64,000 nt of DNA, taken from Eledone cirrhosa (taxonomy: Eukaryota). The notes beneath the pieces are model-generated. The model saw nothing but the letters and a program-made list of their open reading frames with translations, did not search any database and was not told the origin of the DNA. Location: contig OZ024750.1 in NCBI GenBank assembly GCA_964016885.1, positions 38,502,001-38,566,000 of the forward strand, in the 5' to 3' direction. The first letter of the stretch is position 1. Each line of letters begins with the position of its first letter. The translations under genes were made by a program, and so were the position numbers. This document shows, piece by piece, positions 26,952-38,624 of the stretch.

Positions 26952-27560
26952 TTTAGTACAGCATTGACGAAGCTTTAGAATACGGCCAAGCTAGCGTATA
27001 TGCATAATCGGTCTGTAGCTTGAGCACTCAGATGAGGAAAGACCCCAGAGTAATAACATTACTTTCAGACAGCTTAGCAAATCAGATATAGCGGTCGGCA
27101 GTCCAGCCGCATCACTAGAGCAACGAAAATACAGGACCCAGGAAAAGATTTTATACTGACCCGGACATAGCGGTGAGGCTGAGTGCAAAATATATAACTT
27201 ACATATATAGCATCCAACATCAGTGCTAAGTTTCTGCAAATCCAAGATCGACAAATTCCTATTGCAGGAGTCTGCAATATGATGGTTTTTGACGACAGAA
27301 CATAGGATTTACTTCTTCAGCAAGTCTTTCGTTCTTAGCCTGAGCATATATATATATAAATATATATATATATATTTAACAAAGAAAGGGTGCTAAGAAA
27401 CCAGGTGGACCATAACGCACCAGAATACTCGATACTTAGGGTAGTAGAGTGGGTAATAGGAAAAGAGTCAGGACCCCGACGGCGGAGCTAGATTCCCGCC
27501 GTTCTAATACTGCTGGCATAGTTCGGATCTAGCTGTCGAAACGGCCGGAGCTCTACATGG
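26527..27560. mobile_element. Three copies of a short (TA)n-flanked element, one with a 108-bp terminal palindrome
   Basis: Copies at 26527-26657(+), 26698-26888(+) and 27378-27555(-) share gtcggggtc..attacccactct..gagta..tggtgcgttatggtcc. Palindrome at 26698-26805. Confidence 0.75.
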
Positions 27561-27702
27561 CTGAATACAATAAATGTAATCTGAGTTTTCCGAATATTAA
27601 TAATAATATTCGATTCGTTTGCAATCATGCAAACACACTCTTTTAAGCCATATCAGTAGAATGAACCCATCATTCTTCCTCTTGTGTTGGCATGTAAACA
27701 GA

Positions 27703-27749
27703 ACTGCAGACACTAATGTTTCTGGGGGATTACTCTTCATCAGTGCAGT
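27703..27749 (-). ncRNA. Minimal type I hammerhead ribozyme motif (weak stem II)
   Basis: Minus strand: ACTGCA-CTGATGA-AGAGTAATCCCCCA-GAAA-CATTAGTG-TC-TGCAGT. Stem I has 6 bp; cleavage site GUC. Confidence 0.6.
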
Positions 27750-28330
27750 ATACTGCCTAACTGCCAACTGTCAGAGCTATTGGTAATATATGATATTTTC
27801 TAAAATATACAGTGACTGATCGGCTTGATTTGCATATTATCAGATCCACTGATCAGTCAGGTTAGAATATCAGCAGATAGGCCAGTCAGTTTCATGTATA
27901 CGAGCGCGATTAAATATATTCAAATATATATATATATACGATATTAACAAATGGAAACTATATTTATAAAACCATATTTATTTCATGAAATAAATATGGT
28001 TTTATAAATATAGTTTCCATTTGTTAATATCGTATTTTTACTCCAAATATTTGTCGAAAACGATAAACGGAAAAAATGAAACAAAATTTCATTTCTCACT
28101 CTTAGTACGGCTGTTACATAAATATAAGTATGTATACGTACATACATATATGTATACAGACGTGCAGTAGTATGTATATATATATATATACATGCACACA
28201 TATATATGTACGTATGAATTCACCGAACATTTATTATAATGCTCGGTGTGTTTGTAAACAAACATCCCAAATTAAGCCGTACAGTGTCTAGCAAACATCG
28301 TTGCTCATTTGTTCAACACTGACAAAGGAA

Positions 28331-28371
28331 CGCTGTACTAGTTTCAAGCTTATTAGCTATCGTCAGCAACG
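28331..28371 (-). ncRNA. Minimal type I hammerhead ribozyme motif
   Basis: Minus strand: CGTTG-CTGACGA-TAGCT aata AGCTT-GAAA-CTAG-TA-CAGCG. Palindromic stem III; cleavage site GUA. Confidence 0.75.
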
Positions 28372-28633
28372 TATAGCTTCCTGCCAGATGATTGAACTTC
28401 TGAAAGTATATACTTTCCTTATGCATATTAACGGCTGAGCAGCCTAATTTGCATATCGAGTGAGTTAATCGGCCGGGCGCACCGGGCGCACTCGGGAGGT
28501 TTGTTTACAAACACACCGAGCATTATAATAAATGTTCGGTGAATCCATACGTACATATATATGTGTGCATGTATGTATATATATATACATACTACTGTAC
28601 GTCTGTATACATATATGTATGTACGTATACATA

Positions 28634-28746
<113 letters not shown>

Positions 28747-30328
28747 AATTTATATCTAGTAACATTTATATACATACAGATGCATATCAATGCTAGCAAA
28801 TATATAGGTTTTGTCTTAGTAACATTGTGGTTCAATGCATGGGGTTGCAGAACAATAATATGAGAGACGTAAGATAAGAAAATTATAAAATTATAAAAAA
28901 ATTATAAAATTGACTTACTTACTAAAATATCACTTCCAACTAATTAGTTTCTGAATGGAGTAAATATATTTTCCGAAGAATATATAGAAAAGCATTCCGT
29001 CGTCAGGAAAAGTCTCTTTTCATGTAAGTTTCCAGGCATAGCGAGGACTCTGGAAACTTATTAAAAAAATAATTCAGTGGAAAGGAAATAGCGAAGCGTG
29101 GACTGAAATCCTAGCCATTGAGAAAATCACTGCCTCTACGTCTGTGCAAATTCAAAAGAATCAATCACGTGACATCGAACGGAATGCTTTTCTATATATT
29201 CTTCGGAAAATATATTTACTCCATTCCAGAACTAATTAGTTGGAATGATATTTTAGTAAGTAAGTCAATTTTATAATTTTTTTATAATTTTATAATTTTC
29301 TTATCTTACGTCTCTCATATATATATATATATGTATGTATATATATATATATGTATGTATATATATAGGTCACCAGTGGTGCTAATGGTAACATGTATCC
29401 CAGTACAACCTGTCCCATGGTCGGGTCGTTGGCGACTAAACTGGCAACCCCACAAGGTTCCTTCGTGGGGAGGGTGACTTTGGACATCCTGCAGGACTAA
29501 AAACAAAACCTGTCAAAGAGCAAAAGAGCTCTTAAAAGTCAATGGCCATCCAAAATCACCGGGAGAGATGACCCCTTAGCCTTTGTCAAGGCAGAATTCT
29601 AGGAGAAGGAAAACTCTGATATAACACCTGCAACCCTGATGGTATCAATGATGTTGACTTGTTCTTCTTTTGGTAAATATCATCTTGGTTTAAAAGAGTG
29701 GGACTGGCTTTGTGCAGTGCCTTTGCTCACTACAAAAGCTTCACGGCACAGGCCATTGCTTTATATCTGGAGATCTCTCTGCACTTGTCGTCACATGGTA
29801 CCATGGGCCCAGCACTATGTTTCAATAATTGTCACAGGTGTAGTGTTTGTACCAGAGTTTTCAAGTCGCTGGCTGACTAAAATGTCACACTCGTTCAGCG
29901 CATCGGTAGGGGTTCTCCTACATGGATATAAAGTAGTGGCCGTACTCGAAAACGAGTTGGCAGCCACCATATATATATGTATGTATATATATGTATATAT
30001 ATATGTATGTATATATATATGTATGTAACATATGTATGTTATGTATGTATATATATATATGTAAGTATATATATATGTATGTATATATATATCTATGTAT
30101 ATATATATATATATCTATGTATATATATATGTATATATATATATATGTATATATATGTATGTATATATATATATATATGTATATATATGTATGTATATAT
30201 ATATGTATGTATATATATATGTATGTATATATATATATATGTATGTATATATATATATGTATGTATATATATATAAATATATATATATGTATGTAGGTAT
30301 GTATATATATATCTATACATATATATAT

Positions 30329-30424
<96 letters not shown>

Positions 30425-30456
30425 AGATCAAAAGATGGTTAAAGGAGTTCCATATA

Positions 30457-30523
30457 TTTTATTATGCGCATTTCAAAAACAAACATCATCAAACAATAAT
30501 ATTTGTGTTTTCATCAGATAAAA
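30457..30523 (-). ncRNA. Minimal type I hammerhead ribozyme motif (mirror copy in palindrome)
   Basis: Exact reverse complement of 30652-30718. Confidence 0.75.
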
Positions 30524-30651
30524 CAGGAGAACATGATATGAAGGCTAAAAAAAAACACTTGTTGATAGTGCAGTTTTAAATCAACATATGTTGATTTAAA
30601 ACTGCACTATCAACAAGTGTTTTTTTTTAGCCTTCATATCATGTTCTCCTG

Positions 30652-30718
30652 TTTTATCTGATGAAAACACAAATATTATTGTTTGATGATGTTTGTTTTT
30701 GAAATGCGCATAATAAAA
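30652..30718 (+). ncRNA. Minimal type I hammerhead ribozyme motif
   Basis: TTTTAT-CTGATGA-[about 16-bp stem II with G-U pairs, loop gttt]-GAAA-TGCGCA-TA-ATAAAA; cleavage site AUA. Confidence 0.8.
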
Positions 30719-30844
30719 TATATGGAACTCCTTTAACCATCTTTTGATCTTATATTATGCATACTCCAGTCCCACAAACTGTAGAGTGCTTCTTATCCGA
30801 TATCTGCATTGCTTTATTGTACTACAATAAAACTCACCTCCTAC

Positions 30845-30886
<42 letters not shown>

Positions 30887-31049
30887 TATACGAGGTATCG
30901 TTTTCGGTTCCTCTAGTTCGGTTCCTCTAGCCTATAACGAGGACTGTTTCAGCATACAGTGGTAGTTGACCCAACAAGATGTTTACTTCAAAAGGTCGAT
31001 CGCAGGTTTATCCTTTGATGGTACCATAATCAGTCCTCCTTGGAGTAGT

Positions 31050-32115
31050 TACAAATAGACAAATAAGAAAGGGACATGAAACCTGACAACATCCCTTCTT
31101 CCTGTTGGGAGAGACAGGCAGGAGACCGCGATGAGATGGCATCAGACTGTCCGTAAGAGTATCAGACTGTCCGTAAGAGTATCAGACTGTCCATAAGAGT
31201 ATCAGACTGTCCATAAGGGTATCAGACTGTCCGTAAGAGTATCAGACTGTCCGTAAGAGTATCAGACTGTCCATAAGGGTATCAGACTGTCCGTAAGATT
31301 ATCAGACTGTCCGTAAGAGTATCAGACTGTCCGTAAGGGTATCAGACTGTCCGTAAGAGTATCAGACTGTCCATAAGAGTATCAGACTGTCCGTAAGAGT
31401 ATCAGACTGTCTGTAAGAGTATAAGACTGACCATAGGGGTATCAGACTGTCCGTAAGAGTATCAGACTGTCCGTAAGAGTATCAGACTGTCCGTAAGAGT
31501 ATCAGACTGTCCATAAGAGTATCAGACTGTCCGTAAGAGTATCAGACTGTCTGTAAGAGTATAAGACTGACCATAGAGGTATCAGACTGTCCGTAAGAGT
31601 ATCAGACTGTCCACATCAGACTGTCCATATCAGACTGTCCATATCAGACTGTCCATATCAGACTGTCCATAAGAGTATCAGACTGTCCGTAAGAGTATCA
31701 GACTGTCCGTAAGAGTATCAGACTGTCCATAAGAGTATCAGACTGTCTGTAAGAGTATCAGACTGTCCGTAAGAGTATCAGACTGTCCGTAAGAGTATCA
31801 GACTGTCCGTAAGAGTATCAGACTGTCCATAAGAGTATCAGACTGACCATAGGGGTATCAGACTGTCGTAAGGGCATCAGACTGTCTGTAAGGACATCAC
31901 ACATGCAGATGTGAAGAAAGGTCAACTAGCGGTTGAAAAGTGGGACCGAAAAAAGCGCATCGCAGACATACCAACAACCCAATATTTCACATGTATCTGC
32001 ACTAAGTGCAATAAAGACTGCCACTCATGCATCGGTCTGCACAGTTAGAGCAGACGATGCCAGTAACTAGACATAACTCCAAGTGCATTAAGCATGGTCT
32101 TCCGAGACTGAGCTG
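31050..32115 (+). mobile_element. RTE-like LINE 3' fragment containing an internal 20-bp minisatellite (31141-31895)
   Basis: Flanks read WERQAGDRDE.WHQTVRK and CTKCNKDCHSCIGLH (RTE C-terminal zinc-finger-like). The unit is atcagactgtccgtaagagt. Confidence 0.65.
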
Positions 32116-33787
32116 CCATTAAGGAGTATGTAAATTTGGGGATGGGTAGCTAGTGTTGGTTAAAGCAACCTCAGTACTTGACTGTTACTTTATTTATCGA
32201 CCCCAGAAGAATGAGAGGAAAAGTTGACCTCGGTGGGGTTTGAGCTCAGGGTGTAAAGAACCAGAACATATACCGCAATGTATTTTATCCGGCGCTCTAA
32301 CGATTCTGTCAGTCCGCGCCCTGATTGATGTTAGTATTGCTATGTAGTGTCCAGAGAGTGCGGCATTGTCCTTTTGTAATTGAAGAACAGAAGACAGCTA
32401 CCAAATGTCTGAGACAATGAAGCGATTATACATCACAATATGTTATCGAAAAAGGCTCATTGTCACATATGTCACGTGTCATCTCTTCCACGTGATCTGT
32501 AAATGCTCCAAAATGTGACATGCTGATATGTGCTGACTAGGGAGGACTCACAACTACCATTAATATTACTATTAAACGTTCAAATCCCGCCGAGGTTAAC
32601 TTTGCCTTTCATCCTCACGGGATCGATAAAATAAAGTACCAGTAATGTACTGGGGTCGATTTAATCAAATTTACAGCACTCCACCCCTGTTTCCAGAGAG
32701 ACCTACATACACGCAAATTGTAAATAATATATAATCAATAAAATCGTTAATTTGTATATAATAAATAATATATTTTTTATTTTACTATATTTATATATAA
32801 TATATATCATTTGATATTTAATATACTATTATATCATCTCTACCCCCATCCTCAAGAGGTCCCACCGCTCCCTTAGGCCCCAGTACCCTCTGGACCTTCT
32901 TAACGCCTCCGGGGGGGTGGGCGTACCTCCGCTTTTAGAACCTCTTCTTTAGACGTTTACCTTATTGTACAGGTTTTGTTATGACTAGTCTAAGATCTTT
33001 ACCCTATCAACCATTTACATTTTGACTTCAAATCCCGCCGAGGTAAACTTTGCCTTTCATCCTTACAGGGTCGATAAAATAAAGTACCAGTAACGCATTG
33101 GGGTCGATTTAATCGACTTTCCCCTCCCCTAAAAGTGTTGGCCTTGTGCCCAAATCAGAACCCATTATTCTATCATTTATTTCAGTTATATAAACTGGAA
33201 CTCAGAAAATTCTAATTCTCATTTCATTACGGGTGTTGGACATACGATCATAATGTCGTGGGTTCGATTCCTGGGTTGTGTGTTGTGTTCTTGAGCAAAA
33301 TACTTCATTTCACGTTGCTCCAGCATACTTAGCTGAAAAGGATTACCAGCAATAGTTGGGGGTTTAACTCTGCGATGAACTGGCGTCTTGTCCAGGGAAG
33401 AGTCTTGTACTCTTTCTGTCGCTTAACGTCACAAAGAATTGGAATAAGCACTAGCCTGGTGAGCCTCCTGGTTTGAGACAGACTTTAGACTTTAGATCTA
33501 ACTACCACCAATTTCACATGTCACGACACGTGTTTCACTGCGTTAGCTACTTTCATTGGTTTTGTTTTCTTAGAAACCCTAGCTGTTTCCGGGCCCAAGA
33601 CAGACTTTAGAGTTTTAGATATCCTTGGCTCGAGGTTAATCCGAGACTGTCATAGAAGTTATTTCCTTATGGCGTCGCCGCCCAAAAGGTTTGAACAGTG
33701 AACCAGTAGTGTGCCACGCAGACTTCTTTACCACTGAGCCACCACTCTAATCTATTTAGTTGCTCAGATTCTTTTTATCTCTTCTAG

Positions 33788-34089
33788 GTAATGGTAGTTT
33801 CTCAAAAGTCAAACTACTGCGTAGTCTGACGAACCACTCGGAACATTATGCTGTGAAAATCGTAAACCGTTCGAGAGCTCCACGAGACTTCTTAACTCGG
33901 TTCTTGCCAAGAGAATTGGAATTCTGGCCCAGTTTGAATCATCCAAATATTATAAAATTTCATGAAACATTTGAAGAAATGCATCTTGTATATATGGTGC
34001 TTGAATACGCCAGTCGGGGCGATTTGTTAGCACACATTCAGAAATATGGCTCTTTACCAGAACACAGAACAAAAGTACTTACACGGCAG
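33788..34089 (+). CDS. TSSK: TSSK-like kinase gene B, exon 2
   Basis: Acceptor cttctag|, donor CAG|gtaaag; 302 bp as in gene A. Translates GNGSFSKVKL..YAVKIVNRSRAPRDFLTRFLPRELE..LEYASRGDLL. Confidence 0.92.
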
Positions 34090-35909
34090 GTAAAGTTTTT
34101 AATCTTTTTTTAAAGATGTATGAGCCCAACACCCTAACTACTAGACCACGGGCCTTCAAAGCACCTCTGCACTAACCATGACTGTAAATAGTCAAATAAA
34201 AAATACTGGCAATGAAGTAGGCTTGACTCGTGTTTATGAAATAATCAGATCATTTTTTTTGGGGGGGGGGGGGGGGGTCAGGTTTATAGATAGTAATGTG
34301 TTATATATGAGGATATAAATGTTTCTACTTTTGGCACAAGGCCAACAATTATCCCAGTGCATTACTGGTACTTTCTTTTATCGACCCCGTAAGGATGAAA
34401 GGCAAAGTTAACCTCGGCGGGATTTGAACTCAGATCGTAAAGGGACGTAATAATGCTGCAAAGCATGGCGTCGTACCGTCTACCGAAACTGCCAATCCGC
34501 CGCCTTTTGTATCAGGATATAATGGAACAAAAGGAGTTATGACTGAATATCTTGCTGGAAAACCAGACTTAAATAAAAAGTCAGCAACCACAGCCCTCAT
34601 AAGCAGACTTCTTTTTGTCTTGTCTAGTATAACCAAGTTACATTATTGATTGGATTGGCAGTATCGGTAGAGGGTCGGACGCCATGCTTTCCAGCATAGT
34701 TACGTCCCTTTACGATCTGAGTTCAAATCCCGCCGAGGTTGACTTTGCCTTTCATCCTTACGGGGTCGATAAAATAAAGTACCAGTAATGCACTGGGTAA
34801 TTGCTGGCCTTGTGCCTAAAGTAGAAACAATTATTGATGGCAGCAAATAAACTAATCTTGCTCAATGACACAACACCCATCTCTCCTCACCCAGCCAGAT
34901 TTCGAGGTCAGTTCGTAAACCGAACATCTTAACCGCTGTACCACGTTCTTTCACAGAAACATCATACATACTTATATTCCTTCATTATTATCGGTAGAGA
35001 GTTGGAGACCATGCTTTGCAGCATAGAGTTATGGCCCTTTATTATCTGGGTTCAAATCCCGCCGAGATTAACTTTGCCTTTCATCCTTGCGGGTCGATAA
35101 AATAAAGTACCAGTCACGCACTGGGGTCGATTTAATCGACTTTCCTCTTCCCAAAAATTGCTGGCCTTGTGCCTATATAAGAAACCATTATTATTGGCAT
35201 AATCGGTAGAGCGTCGGACAACATGCTTCGTGGCATAGAGTTACGGCCTTTTATTTTCTGAGTTGAAATCCTGCTGAGGTTAGCTTTGCCTTTTACCCTT
35301 ACGGGGGTCGATAAAATAAGGTACCAGTAATGCACTGGAGTAGATTTAATTAACTCCCCACCCCCTCCCTTCAAATTGCTACCAAAACTAGAAACAATTA
35401 TTCAAAGTATTTTTCTAAGACGTTTCGGCGGTATGACTTGATAGAGAGTTGACTGCAGTTTCTAGCAAGCCAAATGACCATATATAAGTCTCCTTGTTGT
35501 TGCTGTAATTTTTCACTGTTTGTTACTATTGCCACTAGCTGGCCCGGTGACGTCAGAAATGACGACTAATTGTAATATATATACATAATATAAAAAAAGA
35601 GATGTTTGTTGGCTGGTTAGTTGGTTCCTTTGCTCTCACTCACACAAGTGATCCAAACATACAAACACACAGCTGTGACGAACCTTATGTATGTGTAGAT
35701 GTGTGTGTTTGTAATTCTATTGTCTATGTATCTTTCTAAATAAACACGCACAAACATATATACACTCACACAAATATTATATATGGATATATTTTGCACA
35801 CACACATACATACACACACACACAAACACTAACATAATCATAACAGCCAATGTGTGTAACAAATTCTCTATATATATACACATACGGGTGTAGCGAATAT
35901 TGGACACTG

Positions 35910-36920
35910 ACACCCCTTTCTTCCTCAGTCGACGTTATCCCCCTTCTTTCCTCAGTGACGTAATCACCCCTTCCTTCCTCAGTCGACATCATTACCCCTC
36001 CTTTCTCAGTCGACGTCACCACCCTGCCTTCCTCAGTCGACGTCACCACCCTGCCTTCCTCAGTCGACGTCATCACCTCTGTCTTCCTCAGTGACGTAAT
36101 CACCCCTTTCTTCCTCAGTCAACGTAATCACCCCTTCCTTCCTCAGTCGACATCATTACCCCTCCTTTCTCAGTCGACGTCACCACCCTGCCTTCCTCAG
36201 TCGACGTCATCACCTCTGTCTTCCTCAGTGACGTAATCACCCCTTTCTTCCTCAGTCAACGTAATCACCCCTTCCTTCCTCAGTCGACATCATTATCCCT
36301 CCTTTCTCAGTCGACGTCATCATCCTGCCTTCCTCAGTCGACGTCATCACCTCTGTCTTCCTCAGTGACGTAATCACCCCTTTCTTCCTCAGTCAACGTA
36401 ATCACCCCTTCCTTCCTCAGTCGACATCATTATCCCTCCTTTCTCAGTCGACGTCATCATCCTGCCTTCCTCAGTCGACGTCATCACCTCTGTCTTCCTC
36501 AGTGACGTAATCACCCCTTTCTTCCTCAGTCAACGTCATCACCTCTTCCTTCCTCAGTCGACGTCATCACCCCTTCCTTCGTCAGTAGACGTTATCCCCC
36601 TTCCTTCCTCGGTGACGTAATCACCCCTTCCTTCCTCAGTCGACATCATTATCCCTCCTTTCTCAGTCGACGTCATCACCCTGCCTTCCTCAGTCGACGT
36701 CATCACCTCTGTCTTTCTCAGTGACGTAATCACCCCTTTCTTCCTCAGTCAACGTCATCACCTCTTCCTTCCTCAGTCGACGTCATCACCCTTTCCTTCG
36801 TCAGTCGACGTTATCCCCCCTTCCTTCCTCAGTCTACGTCATCACCCCTTCCTTCCTCAGTCGAAGTCACCACCCCTTCCTTCCTCAGTCGACATTATCA
36901 CCCCCTCCTTATTCAGTCAT
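35910..36920. repeat. About 27-bp minisatellite (cagtcgacgtcatcaccccttccttcct-like)
   Basis: Direct reading; variant monomers recur in blocks of about five. Confidence 0.9.
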
Positions 36921-36995
36921 CTCTAGTGTGTGACGGACAAATACACATTGGTTTTTGTTATGTAACTAATTATTATTATTTTTTCATTGGTCTAG

Positions 36996-37454
36996 ATTTG
37001 CCAGGCGATCCATTACCTTCATAGTCAGAACATTACCCATCGTGATCTGAAGCTGGAAAATCTTTTATTAGATGAGTTCGGCAACATCAAAATTACAGAC
37101 TTTGGTTTCGCAAAACGTAACTATTTAGGTGAATTAAGTCAAACATTTTGTGGTTCAAAGTCATACGCAGCTCCCGAAATTCTACTTGGTAAACCGTATG
37201 ATCCCCGAAAAGCAGATACATGGGCTATAGGTTCAATACTTTATATCATTAGTACAGGTAAGATGCCCTTTGACGAAAACAAAAGCATAAAAAGTATCCT
37301 TGAAGAGCAGCAGAGACTAGACTTTCCTTTATATAACTATCGAAAACTGAGCGACAGCTGTAAAGACCTTTTGAAAACTTTATTTACATTTGAATATACC
37401 CAAAGACCAACAGTCTTAGAAGCGCTTTCTTGTCAATGGTTTAAAGAAAAATGA
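36996..37454 (+). CDS. TSSK: TSSK-like kinase gene B, exon 3
   Basis: Acceptor tctag|ATT. Translates ICQAIHYLHSQNITHRDLKLENLLL..KITDFGFAK..LSQTFCGSKSYAAPE..ADTWAIG to TGA. Spliced CDS is 184+302+459=945 nt (314 aa). Confidence 0.92.
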   Translation: MCQAIHYLHSQNITHRDLKLENLLLDEFGNIKITDFGFAKRNYLGELSQTFCGSKSYAAPEILLGKPYDPRKADTWAIGSILYIISTGKMPFDENKSIKSILEEQQRLDFPLYNYRKLSDSCKDLLKTLFTFEYTQRPTVLEALSCQWFKEK

Positions 37455-37542
37455 AAAATGACAATATAAAATTCTTGTGTGAGAAAATACGATGGGAATA
37501 GTTTTAGAACATGTTTTTATAATAATGGGATTCAATAATTAA

Positions 37543-37548
37543 AATAAA
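37543..37548 (+). promoter_or_regulatory. Candidate polyadenylation signal of gene B
   Basis: AATAAA about 90 bp after the stop, another near 37570, then T/GT-rich sequence. The region is AT-rich, so this may be chance. Confidence 0.4.
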
Positions 37549-37795
37549 CGAAACCGATAAGAAGAATTAAATAAAAAATATCAAACACAATGAACTTACT
37601 TTTTATGTTTTCACTTGTTTCACGGTTTCATACGGTTGTTCTTCCTGTTCCGTATAACCATGACCAGTACGAGCTGAGGATCCGCTAAGGTGAAACAATT
37701 GTTCTCGGTATGGTGAACTAACTGTTGTGTTACTACTTCTACCTAACTCGTCCCATGGTCTGAGTGCTCTACCACTACGGATATTACCTTCCAGA

Positions 37796-37883
<88 letters not shown>

Positions 37884-37925
37884 CAATATATTAATAAATG
37901 GAAACTATATTTATAAAACCATATT

Positions 37926-37991
37926 TATTTTATTATACATATTTCAAGGGCAACCAAGGCAAATTATGGTGCGCTTTCATCAGATAAAATA
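37926..37991 (-). ncRNA. Minimal type I hammerhead ribozyme motif (mirror copy)
   Basis: Reverse complement of 38094-38159 in the left arm of the inverted repeat. Confidence 0.72.
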
Positions 37992-38093
37992 CAGATTTGT
38001 TTTATAAATAAATATTGACATACCCGGAAAGCTCCAACCGTTAAGGTTGTCTTTTTTCCGGGTATGTCAATATTTATTTATAAAACAAATCTG

Positions 38094-38159
38094 TATTTTA
38101 TCTGATGAAAGCGCACCATAATTTGCCTTGGTTGCCCTTGAAATATGTATAATAAAATA
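38094..38159 (+). ncRNA. Minimal type I hammerhead ribozyme motif
   Basis: TATTTTAT-CTGATGA-AAGCGCACCA..TGGTTGCCCTT-GAAA-TATGTA-TA-ATAAAATA. Confidence 0.77.
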
Positions 38160-38291
38160 AATATGGTTTTATAAATATACTTTTCATTTATTAATATATT
38201 GTGTATTTACTCCACTAACTTGTTGAGTGCTTTATATTAGTTATAAAATGTTTTTAAGCTTGTTGAATCCCAACAAATTAAATATAACCTC

Positions 38292-38379
<88 letters not shown>

Positions 38380-38414
38380 ACGAGTTTGGTATAAATAGTT
38401 ACAACAGTGACATA

Positions 38415-38469
38415 AACAGGTACTTAAGTTTCGTTGAGTTCTGGACCCCAACTCATTATTCAGCCTGTT
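38415..38469 (-). ncRNA. Hammerhead ribozyme variant (G8>U in core)
   Basis: Minus strand: AACAGG-CTGAATA-ATGAGTT..AACTCAAC-GAAA-CTTAAG-TA-CCTGTT. Confidence 0.6.
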
Positions 38470-38624
38470 ATAAAAATAATAAAGAAATACAGGTGGGCCC
38501 CGGAGGTTGAATTTGGTTTCCTTTCAGAGGAATATATATATATATATATATAAAAATAAAAATAATATAAATATATATATATTTATATTATTTTTATTTT
38601 TATATTTATATATATGTCATCAAT

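Noticed and set aside
26955-27075. TTGACGA-AGCTT..AAGCT and CAGATGA motifs
   Set aside because: Both core boxes are degenerate and stems I and III do not close.
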